Below, one piece after another: positions 1 to 13,845 of a DNA stretch of 64,000 nucleotides. The number at the start of each line of letters is the position of its first letter. The first letter of the stretch is position 1. Position numbers and translations under genes: made by a program. This DNA comes from Octopus vulgaris (taxonomy: Eukaryota): contig OX597814.1 in the NCBI GenBank assembly GCA_951406725.2, forward strand, positions 67,084,001 to 67,148,000. Reading direction: 5' to 3'. The notes below the pieces were generated by a model. It was not told where the DNA came from. It saw only the letters and a program-made list of their open reading frames with translations, and did not search any database.

Positions 1-181
1 TTGCAGCTTTGCTGGAGCACAGCCTTTAGTCAAACAAATCGACCCCAGGGCTTATTCTTTGTAAGCCTAGTACTTATTCTATCGGTCTCTTTTACTGAAC
101 CACTAAGCTACGGGGACATAAACACACCATTGGGTGTCAAGCGAGGATGGGGAGACAAACAGACACACAAACATATATATA

Positions 182-227
<46 letters not shown>

Positions 228-388
228 AAAGGCTTCTTTCAGTTTCTGTCTAGCAAATCCACTCACAAGGCTTTGGTCAGCCCAAGGCCACAGTAGAAGA
301 CACTTACCCAAGGTGTCACGCAATGGGACTGAACCCAGAACCATGTGGCTAGTAAGCAAGCTACTTACCACATAGCCACTCCCACACC
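1..388 (-). mobile_element. tRNA-derived SINE with internal (TA)n, same family as 14176-14610
   Basis: Reverse complement begins GGAGTGGCTATGTGGTAAGTAG...GGTTCAGTCCC (A/B-box-like) followed by CCTTGGGTAAGTGTCTTCT; near-identical to the plus-strand copy at 14176. Confidence 0.85.
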
Positions 389-459
389 TATATATATAAT
401 GTATAGTATGTATATAACGTATAATGTATATGTCTATAATGCATAATGTGTGTGTATGT

Positions 460-2063
460 ATAACAGAGAAATTCAAGACAGGATGCCCCTGGGAGCTCCT
501 CTATGCTTACAACCTTGCTCTAATTGCTGAGTCACTATCAGAACTAGAGGAGAAGTTTCAGGTGTGGAAGCAAGGATTAGAAACGAAGGGCCTTAGTGTC
601 AACCTAGCTAAAACCAAAGTCCTAATAAGTAGGAAGATAGACAAACCACAAACACCTTCAGGTAGATGGCCCTGCTCGATCTGTAGAAAAGGCATGGGTA
701 GAAACTCTATAAGATGTACCCAGTGTAAGCTATGGACACATAAGAGGTGCAGCAATCTCAAAGGAAGGCTAACTGGGAAGATAGTCTTTGTATGTGGCAG
801 ATGCTCAGGAGCAATAAACACTGAAATTCTGCAGAAAACAACTTCCGTCACTTTCCAGGGAGAAAAACTAGAAGTAGTTGATAGCTTCCGTTACCTAGGT
901 AACCAAGTCAGTAGTGGGGGCAGGTGTGCTGAAAGTGTAACTGCTAGAGTAAGAATAGCCTGGGCAAAGTTCAGAGAGTTCTTACCTCTGCTGGTGACAA
1001 AAGGCTTCTCGCTCAGAGTAAAAGGCAGACTGTGTGACGTATGTGTACGAACAGCCATGCTACATGGCAGTGAAACATGGGCCATGACTGTTGAGGACAT
1101 GCGTAAGTTCACGAGGAATGAAGCCGATGGATGTGTAATATCAGTGTACATACTCGACAGAGTGTAGGTACCTTGAGAGAAAAGTTGGATCTAAAAAGCA
1201 TCAGCTGTGGTGTGCAAGAGAGATGATTGCGCTGGTTTGGTCATGTGGCGAGAATGGATGAAGATAGGTGTGTGAAAAAGTGCCAATCCCTAGCGGTTGA
1301 GGGAACCTGTGGAAGAGATAGACCCAGGAAGACATGGGACGAGGTGGTGAAGCATGACCTTCGAACATTAGGCCTCACCAAGTCAATGATTAGTGACCAA
1401 GACCTTTGGAAATATGCTGTGCGTGAGAAGACCTGGCAGGACAAGTGAGTCCATCCCGTGTCCTTATGCCAGGGATGTAGGCAGCCCACTTATGCATGCC
1501 TTTCCTTCCTTGGACACATGAAGACCTGTTGAGGCAAGTGAAGTCGAAATTGAATTTAGAAATCGAACCTCATCCGACGACTGGCACCCATGCCAACCTT
1601 CCCTTCATTGGACACTAAACTCTGCTTGTGAAGACCTGTGGAGGCAAGTGAAATCGGAATTGAAATTAAACTAATCCTATGACTGGCACCCGGTAGTTGC
1701 CAGTGACGCTGGACTGACTCCTGTGCAGGTGGCAAGTAAAGAAACACTGTTTCGACCCTGTGCTTGAGGAGACCGATTGAGTCAAGTCTATCAACATCAA
1801 AATTCAAATGGAAATTGTAGTAGTGTTCCCTGTGCCGGTGGCACGTAAAAAGCACCATCCGAACGTGGCTGATGCCAGCCTCGCCTGGCACGCAAAAAGC
1901 ACCCACTACACTCGTGGAGTGGTTGGTGTTAGGAAGGACATCAAGCTGTAGAAACACTGCCAGATCAGACCAGAGCCTGATGCAGCCTTCTGGCTTCCCA
2001 GATCCCAGTCAAACAGTCCAACCCATGCTAGCATGGAAAACAGACATTAACTGATGATGATGA
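460..2063 (+). mobile_element. 5'-truncated RTE-clade LINE (RT C-terminal half, 3' UTR, (GAT)n tail), frameshifted
   Basis: ORF 424-1167 has WELLYAYNL (decayed YADD), NLAKTKVL, EVVDSFRYLG and MLHGSETW; ORF 1227-1448 has RWFGHVARMDEDR and RPRKTW; ends in CCAACCCATGCTAGCATGG...GATGATGATGA. Confidence 0.92.
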
Positions 2064-2313
2064 TACATACATAAAATATATACATACAATATTAGATATG
2101 TATATATGTACACAAGGGTACTACATGAATACCTATATCGCTAAAGATAGGAGTAAAAAAAATACCTCTGTACCACCGAATAGGTACTCATGTAGTATCC
2201 TTGTGTACATATGTACATATCTAATATTGTATGTATATATTTTATTATTAATTTGCCTGTACAGCTGATAATTCGCTTGCCATTTGTGATGGTATTTTAA
2301 TAATACCATCCCC

Positions 2314-2346
<33 letters not shown>

Positions 2347-2503
2347 GCAGGGAAGATAGCAAGTTTGGTACTGACATTAATTTTTGTATATGATCATCTT
2401 TTGTAGGGGCTGGTTATTTCTAGCTTCAGAAAAAGCATAATGAAAGCCTTCCACCCAGATTTGGGGATATTAGGAACTACATCCTCTAATACACACACAC
2501 ATA

Positions 2504-3322
2504 CAGGATGCTCAAACTAAATTTGATTTTTTATGTCTTCTTTTTTCAAGAACAACTTGATGAGTTGACGAATAGTCAGTAGCACTGGATAGCATAAATA
2601 TTAAAGAAGTAGGTGACATTATGGATGGCAATCAATCTGAATACTGGAAAAGGTTTACCTGTATCCGGAGGACTTGTGCTGAATATCAAAATGCCAACAT
2701 CATGACTGCTGCTATCTGCTCTGAGAACACTAAAGGCTGTAAGACATGATATAAACTACAGACGTTCTGAATGTGTCTGCATGCCAGAATTTATCCAACT
2801 TCAGGACATGGCCTTAAGCTCAATTCAGACAGCTATGTGAAGCTGCTGAAGATAGTGGTCAAACCCTGGCTGGAGACAGTTGCTGCTAGAAGGCTATGTG
2901 TGTGACAGCAGGATCTGGCTCTTTGCCATACCTCTGGAAAGAGTCAGAAGTGATTGTTGGAGAATTTCTATGACCTCACCCAATTTCTTGCCTCCTAATT
3001 TCCCTGATTGTAATTCCATGGATTACTGTGTGTGGCCCGGCTGAGAAAACACCAAATGCTCTACTTGCAATATCAAGGACAAGCTAGTGGTCAAGATCAA
3101 GGATCTTTACAGGGACACAGTGAGAAATACATACACCAGGTTCCAGAGCCATATTGAGGCCATGTTGAAGCTGAAAGCAGCTACTTTGAGTAAAATGTTA
3201 TCTCCCAACCAAAATCTAGTTGATATGCTTTGAGTTTTTTAAAAATACTTTTATTTTTGGATGGGATATTGCATTTTCTTTTCCAATTTTGCAAGCTGTC
3301 AAATGTAACCCAAACACCCTAT
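2504..3322 (+). mobile_element. Decayed Tc1/mariner-superfamily (Tc1/maT-like) DNA transposon
   Basis: Remnant of the WPPNSPDCNPMDY motif at about 2985-3030 (cctcctaatt..cctgattgtaattccatggattac); TA-flanked terminal-repeat-like ends tacaggatg / caccctata; similar to 27910-28770. Confidence 0.7.
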
Positions 3323-4444
3323 ATATGAATAGATACACATATATAAAAGTGAACTTCTTCATATATAAATGAGAATTACTGTATAGCTTATGATTCAGGC
3401 AGTTGCAGCCAACAGTGCTCTTCCCAAGAAGATAACAATTCATCATGGAGCCCCTTGGAAACTGTACTGGAACCACTACGATTTGCTGTGACCCACTCAG
3501 GCACCTTCACTCATGCAGTCAGCCATTCTCACTATATTGATGATGCAAAAGTATCAAAGGCAGTCAAGAAACCTGATAACCAGTATGGAATGGTTTGAAC
3601 ATGATATACAAGCAGGGTAAAGAAAACAATATGCAGTAAATGATAAGAAAAATTTCAAGAGCTTCACTGTCAGCCCACAAACCGAGTGCAATCAGAATAC
3701 CTCAGTATTACAATTTTGGAACTGCAACTAGTGCAGGATTTGGGAATCCACATGTTATCACGCATCATTCCATGTGCATATTATTAAGATGGTAACAATG
3801 TGCAGGCAATTAACTAGTTGGAATGAATTCTGAGATCATTCAGAATAAGAAATAAAAAAAAAAAAAAAAAAGAAAACAGGCAACCTTGTTACTTCTGTGG
3901 AGAATATTTGCTCTTGGTCATCTAAACAACTGCTTCCAATTATATGGTCACTGCATAGTGTCAAACTGTTAGACCAAGGAGATAGTCACAGTGCAACAGA
4001 TGGACTACTGGAAAAGGCCAAAAGAAATAAGACTCTACTTTCTGAAATGAAGAAGCAAAAGATATGCCATGATATAAGACCCTGAATGTTCCAGTAACTA
4101 ACTTTGGGACTGAATGCTATACCAAACCCTAAACTGGACACCACTCCAACTAGAGCAAGGCTCAATACTGTAAGACCTTAGGGTTTAGGTCTCACAGCCT
4201 TCTAATTCCATACCAAAACAACTCAGAGATCTATGAGATATAGATGAGGATGTACTTAAAACCTACTTAGACAAATTTTTTATAAGATATCCACAACACA
4301 TTAAAAAACATGTACGAAGGTGCTTTGCCCAACTCCTCATTTAACAAAGCCAAACATGAATAGAGGGCTATGGAAATGAAATAACTAATAATGACATCAA
4401 TGGCAGTGACCACAGCTTTTTTAGTTGAAACAAATGATAGGACA

Positions 4445-4890
4445 ACATCATCATCATCAATTATTGTCCATTTTCCATGCTGGCATGGGATGAATGGTTT
4501 GATAGGAGCTGGCAGGCTGGAGAGTTGCACCAGACTCCATTGTCTGTCTTATTATTTCTACAGCTGGATGCCCTTCCTAATACCAACTACTTTACAGAGT
4601 GTACAGGGTGCTTTTTATGTGGCACCAGTACCAGCAAGGTCACCAAGTAATTTGCAAGACAAAGACCTCTCAGCTGAGAGAGGAAGCGGAACTGAGGGAA
4701 ATGGCTGTGTGCCAGGTGAGAGGTTACAGTATAATTGAATACAAGAGGGTACCCAAAAGTAACCGGAAATGTTCTCTGTGTGACAAGCCCATCGTAGTTT
4801 GAGCTTCTGCTGCTAGAAGCCACTTGTTGTAGCCCTCAGACATCAGTCTGCTGACAGGCGTCTTCCAGTTAGGTCATATTACCACATGGT
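4445..4890 (-). mobile_element. RTE 3'-end fragment
   Basis: (CAT)n followed by tttccatgctggcatggg...ctggatgcccttcctaa, the reverse complement of the RTE tail at 1890-2063. Confidence 0.7.
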
Positions 4891-4899
4891 ACATCTTTA

Positions 4900-5597
4900 T
4901 TTTGCAGTGCTTCTGTTTGTTGACTTTTGCACTGGCTGAAACGAAAGAACAGCATGCTTCCATGAAATTTTGTTTTTTGCTGGGGAAAATGCTGGCACAG
5001 CTTACAAGGTCACTGCTATGAGCAAAACAGAGGTTTACAAGTGGCTTTCATGCTTTAGAAATGGACACTTGTTACTTGAAGACCAACCTCATTCAGGGCA
5101 ACAGGCAACCTCCCAAACAAATGAAAGAATCATGAAAACTCATGAACTGGTCTTGGAGGACTGTCACTGAACAATTGATGAACTTATTAATATGCATGGT
5201 GGGTCCTGGAGCTCCGTCAATAAATTTAGATCAAAGAATTGCGAATGAAAAGAGTTGCAGCAAAATTTGTACCTCACTTGCTCATGGAAGACCAAAAGTA
5301 GTCATGACTACTTTCATGAACTGAAAGAACAGTTGGAAGTTGATCCAGACTTTGTTTTCAAAGCTGGTACTACAGAATTTGCAGATGTGGAAGAGGTGAA
5401 GAAAAAAATGACGGAGGCATTGAAAAGCATTACTTTGCAAAACTTCCAGCACTGTTTGGAACAGTGGAAAATGCACGTGGACCAATGCATTGCTTCAAAT
5501 GAAGAATTCTTTGAAGGCGAAAAAAGTGTAAACATGTAAAACTAAGTGAATAAAATAACATTGCAAAATTCAGGTTTGTTTTGAGTACCTCCTCATA
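4900..5597 (+). mobile_element. Internally deleted mariner transposase remnant
   Basis: Broken reading EQHASMKFCFLLG...MSKTEVYKWLSCFRNGHLLLEDQPHSG (N-terminal HTH) and FQHCLEQWKMHVDQCIASNEEFFE (mariner C-terminus). Confidence 0.85.
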
Positions 5598-5630
5598 TAA
5601 ATTTTTTTATATCTATATAAATAAGACCAT

Positions 5631-5890
5631 CAAGGGTGAATCAAAAAGTAATGCCATATTGTTTAGGACAGGTATAATTACCAACACAGGAACATGTATC
5701 ATACATCAATATGAAGCTGGTCCTCTGAAGATCACATCCCTATTTCTCAACATAGCCACTGTTTCTCTCAATAACAATGTTCCACCTTTGAATGAGAGCA
5801 TGTATCCCTGTCCCATAAAATCCTGTTGACTGTTCTTTGAGTCACTTCTTCACTACAGTTTTCACTTCCTCGTCACAAGAATAATGTTTG
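5631..5890 (-). mobile_element. Second mariner fragment (3' end)
   Basis: TIR-like aagggtgaatcaaaaagtaatgcc; minus strand reads mariner C-terminus-like FYGTGIHALIQRWNIVIERNSGYVEK. Confidence 0.7.
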
Positions 5891-6329
5891 CCTCTCAAAC
5901 CCTCTTTCATGGGGCAGCAGTTAGACCTGATAGTCACAATAATCTGTCACCTGGGGAATGTGCTTATGTCTCATTCCTTCCAGAATCATGAATGTAATAT
6001 GGATTACTTTTTGGTTTTTGGTATGATTAGACTTCAGTTGAAGAAGATGCACTATATGAAACCTTCTAGCAAGCACACAGATGTCACTATAACACATCAT
6101 CTAGATAAAGAAGAGTTCATCAGGTTACCGAAGGATGCAGAACCCCCACACAAGAGGCACAGACAAGATGGGATTCTCTCAGGGATCCCATCCACAATAC
6201 TGTACTGAAGTCTTTTGCAAAGAAACAGAACATGAGATAGGACTGGTTTCAAGCAAGCTTACCATTGTCACTGAAGCAAAGCATATTGCATTACTTGAAC
6301 ATAAAATGCTACTCTACCCAAGTAACATT

Positions 6330-7085
6330 GCAAACCCATAGAACAGCAAATTGCATGGCCAGAACACAATCAGATGTTGTGTAAATAACTACTGGCTTCA
6401 AATTTTGTAAAGGTATTCAATATCATTTGAAATTGAAAACATCTGTAGGATGTATGAAGGGATAAAGAAAACAACAAGCCCAAATATGAGCAAGACAACA
6501 GCACTGAAAACAGTAACAGATAAGACCATCAAAGACAAAAGTAAGCAGAAGCAAAGATGGGTAGAACATTACTCCAAGCTCCACACCACAGGAAACACCA
6601 TCTTGGACATTGTGTTAACCCTTTCGTTACCAACCCGGCTGAAACCGGCTCTGGCTCTGAGTACAAATGCCTTGTTTTCATAAGTTTTGAATTAAAACCT
6701 TCCACCAAACCTTAGTCACAATTTATGTTCATAACACTAGCTTAATGATAACCAAGTAATTTTACTAAATTCTTTGTTATATTTAAAGTAATTGAAAGAA
6801 ACAGAGAGCATCTCAAAATAAATACAGTAACGAAAGGGTTAAACACCATGGAATATCTGCTGGTGATGGAGAAATTAGATATACTACTGATCGCTAAAGA
6901 GCTGGTAAAACCACTGACTGTCTTCTCATAGGCAAAGTACCAGCATTAGATGCCATTCCCTTATAGGCCATCTAGTATGCAAAGAGCATCCTGTGTGCAG
7001 CCTCCACATAAAACTGTGATAGCACTGAAAAGAAGGAAGAGTTCAATAGAATATGAGAGACTCCAATAGTTACCCTGTACAGGTA
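6330..7085 (+). mobile_element. Decayed RTE/BovB-like LINE (EN-RT linker), interrupted by a MITE
   Basis: MYEGIKKTT...IKDKSKQKQRWVEHYSKL typical of the RTE linker; reading resumes after the TTAA MITE at 6842. Confidence 0.7.
6615..6842. mobile_element. piggyBac-type MITE (TTAA target duplication)
   Basis: TTAA-CCCTTTCGTTAC ... GTAACGAAAGGG-TTAA perfect terminal inverted repeats. Confidence 0.9.
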
Positions 7086-10000
7086 CAAATGCCCTAAGTA
7101 GACAACAGAAATCACTGAAGGTTATACTCCAATGTAGCCTCAGGTCAGAACACTTTACAATTGACATGATCTTCCTTTGATAATAACAAAAAAATATGAG
7201 ATCAATGACCACCTCTTCTATTTCCCTCTTACAACTACAACACTGTTTCCTCTAAATTTCACTTTCTATCTCTTCTTACTCCAGCTCCTTCATTACTGTA
7301 TATACAATTCATCCTCTCAGTTTTGTTGTCTTGAATGAATAGATTAGAGAATACACTTTAATCATGTTGGAGACAAGATGTCTTTAGTGCTGGTGCTATA
7401 ATACAATGCATGCAGTACACCAAGTAAAGTAGCTGGCAGATGGAGACAGGACAACTTCTTCAGTGTTGGTGTCATGATAAAATGCACCCACTAGACTCTT
7501 GTAAAATAGTTGAAAGGCTTCTAGCCACAGAAACCTCAGCCCAACAAGGAAGGCAATAACTCCAAATAAGAACTTGCACTGTGAAGACCCCTCACCACCA
7601 ACTTATGTCAACATGGAAAGCAGCATATAAACCAAATCAGCATAGGAGCTGTTTTAGTACCAATGATGAATTTTATGAATTCAGAGGTTATTCAACTGAT
7701 ATGAAATTACTGTTTTGATTTAAAGGCTTACACTATTTTTTGTTCATTTGTTGAACTTTTGAACTGTCAGAGACTTCATCAGTAAATGGTTTAAATTTTG
7801 GATGCATGCAAACTTTCTCCTGTGGACAAGGGCTCCTCACCACTACTCTAAATGGATGCTTCATCACTTGGAAAGAGCATATAAATCTCTCTTAAGCAAA
7901 GACATATAGGATAGTGTAGTCAATGGTATAAAATACCTGAAATAAAAGCATGGAATGGTCATAACTAGAAAAGCTGTAGTCATAGCTCTGTTTGATCAGC
8001 GTAAACCCAAAGTTATTCAACATCAATAAATGATAATGTTAATCTACAAAATTTATTTAAATTCTTTACTAAGAATTTCATAATTACTGAATCAGAGAGT
8101 TTACTTTAATTGCAAATATGGCCAGGAAATAGATAACTTCATCAGTTTTTTTTTGTTTTTTTTTTTTGTACTGCTGGACAATATTTAACATTAGAATCCA
8201 ATATCAGAAGTAAAGGTTCATAGTTGAAATCCCAACAATATGATATATACATATTAAGGTCCTCAAGTATGAGGCTGATAAGAGAAGAAAATGCGAATTA
8301 GTATTACAATAACTCATTTCACAAATTTAAATATTAATGACCTCTGTTATACTTTATTAACAAACACTCAGCATAGAAGAAACCTATTTCAAATAAACCA
8401 ATTTCTGATTAAAGCAGAGGATAAAATGATTTTTAATTTCACAAAATTTAATCCAATACTTAATAGAAAAAAACACATTTGAGGTTCACCATTCATATAC
8501 AATTTAATTATTTCAAACATAAAATATTTATTTAAGCCAGTAATACTATATGATCCCAATCATTATGCCTATAGTGTATGACAAAGCTTGTTAAGAGACA
8601 TTTTCTTACCAAGGCATTGTCCTCATTAAATACTGAACATCTCAAAGTTAAACAGAACATTTAATAAAATATATAAATCTACTGACTAGTTTACTGATGA
8701 GAACTAGGAAACAAATATTGAAATTCTTATGACTGAATCAAAACAAGAAAAATCTGCCCTAATAAAATGAGAAGTTACTGGTGAGTGAATTAATACCATA
8801 AAAGCACTACCTCCTTAAATCAGTCTTCTTTCTGTAGTGGTGATTACATCAGTTTAATTGCCTACATTGCAGGCTAGTTACCTGTGTAGGGGAGCAGTAA
8901 TTCTAAATTAGGATTTATACTAGTTAGAGAGGAAGTCTGTAGTACTTTCCACATGGCACAACTTCACCTGCGCCTGTTGACACAATAGCATTTAATGCAC
9001 TCTATGAAGTGGTTAGCAATAGGAGGGACAATCAACCATAGAAAACATGCCCAAGTGGATCATACAAAACATGAACTCTACAAGTTGCATTACAGATTAC
9101 CTATCTGGGAGAGAAATAAATGCAAATAAAAACAAAAGGTAGATGGGGTGGGATTTAGACCTCATCCTGTGAAACAGCTTTTCTAGTGTCTGTGGCATGA
9201 CAGCACACACCCAGTCCACACCATATGAAATACACAGTACAAGAATTGACCACTTTTCTGTTGTTGTATGTGTTAGATGATACAGTCAGTGATGACCCAT
9301 CCACCACATTCTAACATAGAAAGACAGATGCAAAATGATTCAACAGCACAGCTGAATAAAAAAAAAAAAATTTAACGGGAAATTTAAACAAAAAAAAAAA
9401 TAGAAAAACATTTTCACAAACAAACTTGCACCATTAAATGAAAACAAAATTTAGGCCTTTTTTTAAAAAGTTCTAGTTCAGTTGAACTATTTCTGATATT
9501 TTTTAACTAAATATAAAGCTAAAATGTGTTTCAAATACAATTAAAGATGCCTTCTTCACACTGATTAGACAAGAACATTTTAATTTGCATGTCTATACAA
9601 TAGAGTCTCACATTAACTAACAAACAAATGTTAGAACAATAATGTTTTAAAATTATGGGCACCTTTCATTCTGAACTCGACACTCTCAAAATACAGCCAA
9701 TTTTAAATATTTCAAAAATATCAGTTTATATAACTAAAATAAATGATTTTGTATAAAATGGAATTAACCCTTTCATTAATATTCAACCTGAAACAGCCAA
9801 AACTTTTTCTGGTACATATTATCAACATGCCCAAAACCAACCAAAAACAAAAAAATTTTATAAATTCAAATGAGAACTATGCGTTTCCCATTACTTACAT
9901 TCATAAAAACACATGGCTTCACTAAATAAACAATTGCTTGACAATTTTCACTTCTTCTATGTTAGGATTATAATTCATTTCTCGAAAGACATGGTGCTGC

Positions 10001-10129
10001 TGTAGGTCTTCTACACTTTCTCAACTCTCATGGGAGGATTGTGAAAAAGGTCTATGAAATGCCTATTGATCTTTTCAAAATACTTTCAGTATCACTGATT
10101 AAAGTAAATCCATCTTAGGAGAAGAAAAG

Positions 10130-10512
10130 TGTAGTAGTTGTATGGCAAAGACCAAATATCTGATTTAGCAAGTTGTACATTGCTTTGGAGCAAAGCCACA
10201 GCTAGACTCCTTCTGGTCAAGGAACAGATATACAAATTCTTGTGGGTAGGTTGCAGTGATGGTGAAACTAGTGCAGCCATACAACTGGCACAGAAATGGG
10301 CTGATAAAGTAATCAAGATGGTCCAGTGTTAGATAAAAATAGCTAAGATAAGACTAACCTTGGATAATCTAACAATGACTTTTACCTCTGCACATATTCC
10401 ACAATCTGAACTGACAGATGAACAGAAGGGCCAATTCTTTGAGGCCCTTTTGCAGATTACTTTGATGATGAGTGGCAATAACCTTATCATCATGGCTGGT
10501 GATTTCAATGGC
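10130..10512 (+). mobile_element. Decayed RTE AP-endonuclease fragment
   Basis: Reads YKFLWVGCSDG...KWADKVI...SAHIPQSELTDEQKGQFFEAL...LIIMAGDFNG through one stop; GDFN is the APE catalytic motif. Confidence 0.8.
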
Positions 10513-12554
10513 ACTAAGCTCATCTAAGTTCAATCCCAACTGGCCCACCACCCAAAAAAAAAAAATAATAAAAAAGAAAACAATGTATCTTCAAAGCTAT
10601 AGTCAGCTGGTTTTCAAGTTATGAGTAAATTTCTAAACAATCCCCTTTTTTATAGATACACTGCAACTGAAAAGAGATCCACAATAACATTTTTTACACA
10701 TTTTTAAAGGAGACAAAAAGGAAATGCTTTGTGTGAAGTTCATGCTTTGCCAAGAGTATTTTGGTAACTAAAGTGGAATAACTTTAGGAGTAACACAGAA
10801 ACATTATGAACAAATAATAGTAATATATTACTGAAAAAAATTTTTTTATTCTTTTATGCGTTTCAGTCCAAAGGCTGTGACCATGCTGTGCCTAATTAAA
10901 TATAGTAATTCTATTCTAATTAGTTACAAACCTCAGTTTCAGTCAAACTGTGCTTCTGAAATGGTAATAAGAGTTACCATTAATAGCTGAATAGTAATAC
11001 CAATAAAAAGCATCAACAATAATCACTTTTAAATTAGGAGCAGGTATGGTTAAGTAGTTAAGAAGTTTGCTTCCCAAACACGTCTTACACAAAAAAATGT
11101 ATTTAAATGAAATATAGACCACAAGAAAAGAAAATAAGTTTTGCAATATCATCTAGGATAACAGCTATATTTTTTTTATTTTTAATGGTTCTGAATTACA
11201 TAAAACTTTGAAATTTAAATGGTGAACAGAAGCAAGAAGATCGTTAGTTCAAACCCCCAAAGATGAAAATGGCTCTCACTCCCAATTTCTTGATTAAGTG
11301 TTAAGTGTCAAAAAAAGCCCAAACAATTCATGTACCAATATTAATATTTCCTAGTATTGCATAAGTAAAAGAAAAAAATTATCCTATGTAATATTAACAC
11401 ACCTGTGAAATAGAACTCTAGCCTACATTTCTAGTGCTTATGAAAATGGTGAAAGCTAAAACACAAACAACTTTTAGTATATAATTTCGACTGATATTTG
11501 CAATGAAATATGAGATACTTTGTACTTTGCAAGTGAAGAAGCTTTTAAATGTTACGGCATGTTTATGGACAATTATAAACAATTACTATGGAAAGATAAA
11601 AGCAAAAAAAAAAAAAGAACAAAACTATTATCCTTTTCATTTGTATATTTTCTTTTTTGCAACATACAACAGCTGCATGGTTAAAGCAATCTAAATTCAT
11701 TGAAACAAAAAATATATGCAGTTATTTAATACACCTTACACCAACAAACTTATTTACATCAAAGATATAAATTAGTCAGCAGAACCATTTGAGATCCACT
11801 GCAGTATTACTTATCCATTTTATGTATTTATACATATTTCATTTTATATCAGTCTTCACAATGCTGGCACACTAGGTTATACCTTTTATAGCCTTAGCCA
11901 TCCTATAATAAGTAGGATTAAGCTACAAAACAATAAATGTAATAGAATGGATGGGTCAAGTGTAAAGAGAATCTTTGTGCAAATTAAAGAAACATCCCCT
12001 CAGTTGTGTACATCAAAATTTTTTTACAAAGCTTAACTTTCATAATGTCTGATTATCTTTCCTGGTGAGCCTGTGTACACAACAGAGTTTTAAAACAGAA
12101 TTATTAAGTCAAGCCTCCCACTTCAGAGCCAGTTCTAATATTTCAGTTCTGATAAATTGTCAACACTCTCCTATTAATCTTAAGTAACATCTAAACCTGC
12201 AGCAATGCTGCCACTACACACATGAACATTATCACAACCAAAAGAAGCCATCTGACAGATGGGCAAAGACTAGCTCACTTTTATTAACATTTAACCAGAC
12301 ATGCTATCTCCTCATTTTGCCTTTTCCATCTTCAATTCATCAAATTCTGCTCCAATGATACTCCAATTAATCAGCTAGTTGAATAGTACACCCACTTTCT
12401 TTTGACTAGGCATAAGGCTTCATTTTTTTTTTTTTTTTTTTCAAAGAATGGAGACATAGAGAGTTGCTAACCACGTACAAAGTTCAATTAAGTCCCATAT
12501 CACAGTATTGCTCACATATCTAGCACAGTGCTGCTCTTAAATACATAAACATCC

Positions 12555-13224
12555 TTAACTAAAAGCATACTATTTGGCTGATTCATAAAGATACACATCT
12601 TACATGTGCTATTTCATTTTTTCCATTCTTCTAAAATTGCTCCTGACACTCACATCTAAGGAAGCTGCATACCACTGGTACTAATCTCTCCATTTCTACT
12701 TATCCTTACTGTACCTCATCCCAAATATTACATTAAATACTTTACCACACAATCCTCTTCAGAGTTGCTCCATTATTTTTTTTACATAAATCAATTCAAC
12801 CAGATCGTAGCATTTTTTAAATAAAATAATTAGAGGAGTAGAGACAGAGTCCATGACCACTGCAAAGCTGATGCAGCTCCAATCCAGCTTGAATATCTGC
12901 AGGAAAAAGAACTGGGGAATGTGATCCAAATACTTGTAACAAAGTGACCCCAAGTAGAAACACTGAGGTCCTGCTGCAGGTGTTTAACTAGCAGTGTATT
13001 ATGTTCTCTTCTCCCAACTAACTAAAACACAATATATACTTAAATATAATAACTGGCATCTGATTTAATTTTATGGTGGAAAGCCATCCACTAGTGAATC
13101 CAAGAAGTATTTTAACTATCACATAGTTAACTAAAAGCATGCCATTTGGCTGATTCATAAAGATACACATGTCTTAGAAGTGCTATTTCATTTTTTCCAT
13201 TCTTCTAAAATTGCTCCTGACACT
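12555..13224 (+). repeat. Local direct repeat of about 96 bp (12555-12650 and 13127-13224)
   Basis: ttaactaaaagcat...ttccattcttctaaaattgctcctgacact occurs twice with a few differences. Confidence 0.9.
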
Positions 13225-13845
13225 AACCTAACTCCTGTGATCAACACTAAAGCTAACAAGACTATTTCTATGCTACTGTTTTAGATTGGATAGTGTATTT
13301 TGGTATAGACAATGCCTAAATATAAATGGGATGGCCATGTTGGGATTTTTTTATCATAGTCTGTCTGAACAAGATTGATATGGAGCTAAACAACAAACAC
13401 CACTGCCATCACCATCAGAATGAGCAATGATACAAAATCAGATTTGTTGGCAAAATAGCCCTAGCTACAGTATTTTCCTTGCATAATCTCAGAATATGCA
13501 ACCAGTTCAGTCAGTCACCACTCACATGCAAGTATGACACCCTCTCGGCCCTCCCACCCATGGTCAAGTGGAACATCCAGGATTTGACAACTAGAGAAGT
13601 ACCTAATTGGTATTCATTATAGCTGAATAGATTGGAGTAACATGAATTCAAGTGCCTTGCTCAAGGACTGAATGCACCACCCAATCCAAAAATTGTCCCA
13701 TCATGAACTCTTAACAAGGTCTACAAAACCCTTTGAGTAACTTCAAAATGTTTTGGTTCTATTTGTACCTTAGGTTAACTCAAACAGAATAGACAACATC
13801 ATGAAAGTTAAGTTTTCAGTGTCTGTAAAACTTAAACATAACACT

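Noticed and set aside
8690-8722. CTGATGA-gaactag-GAAAC hammerhead-like string
   Set aside because: No stem II closing pair, no GUH able to pair with GAAAC and no stem I; likely chance.
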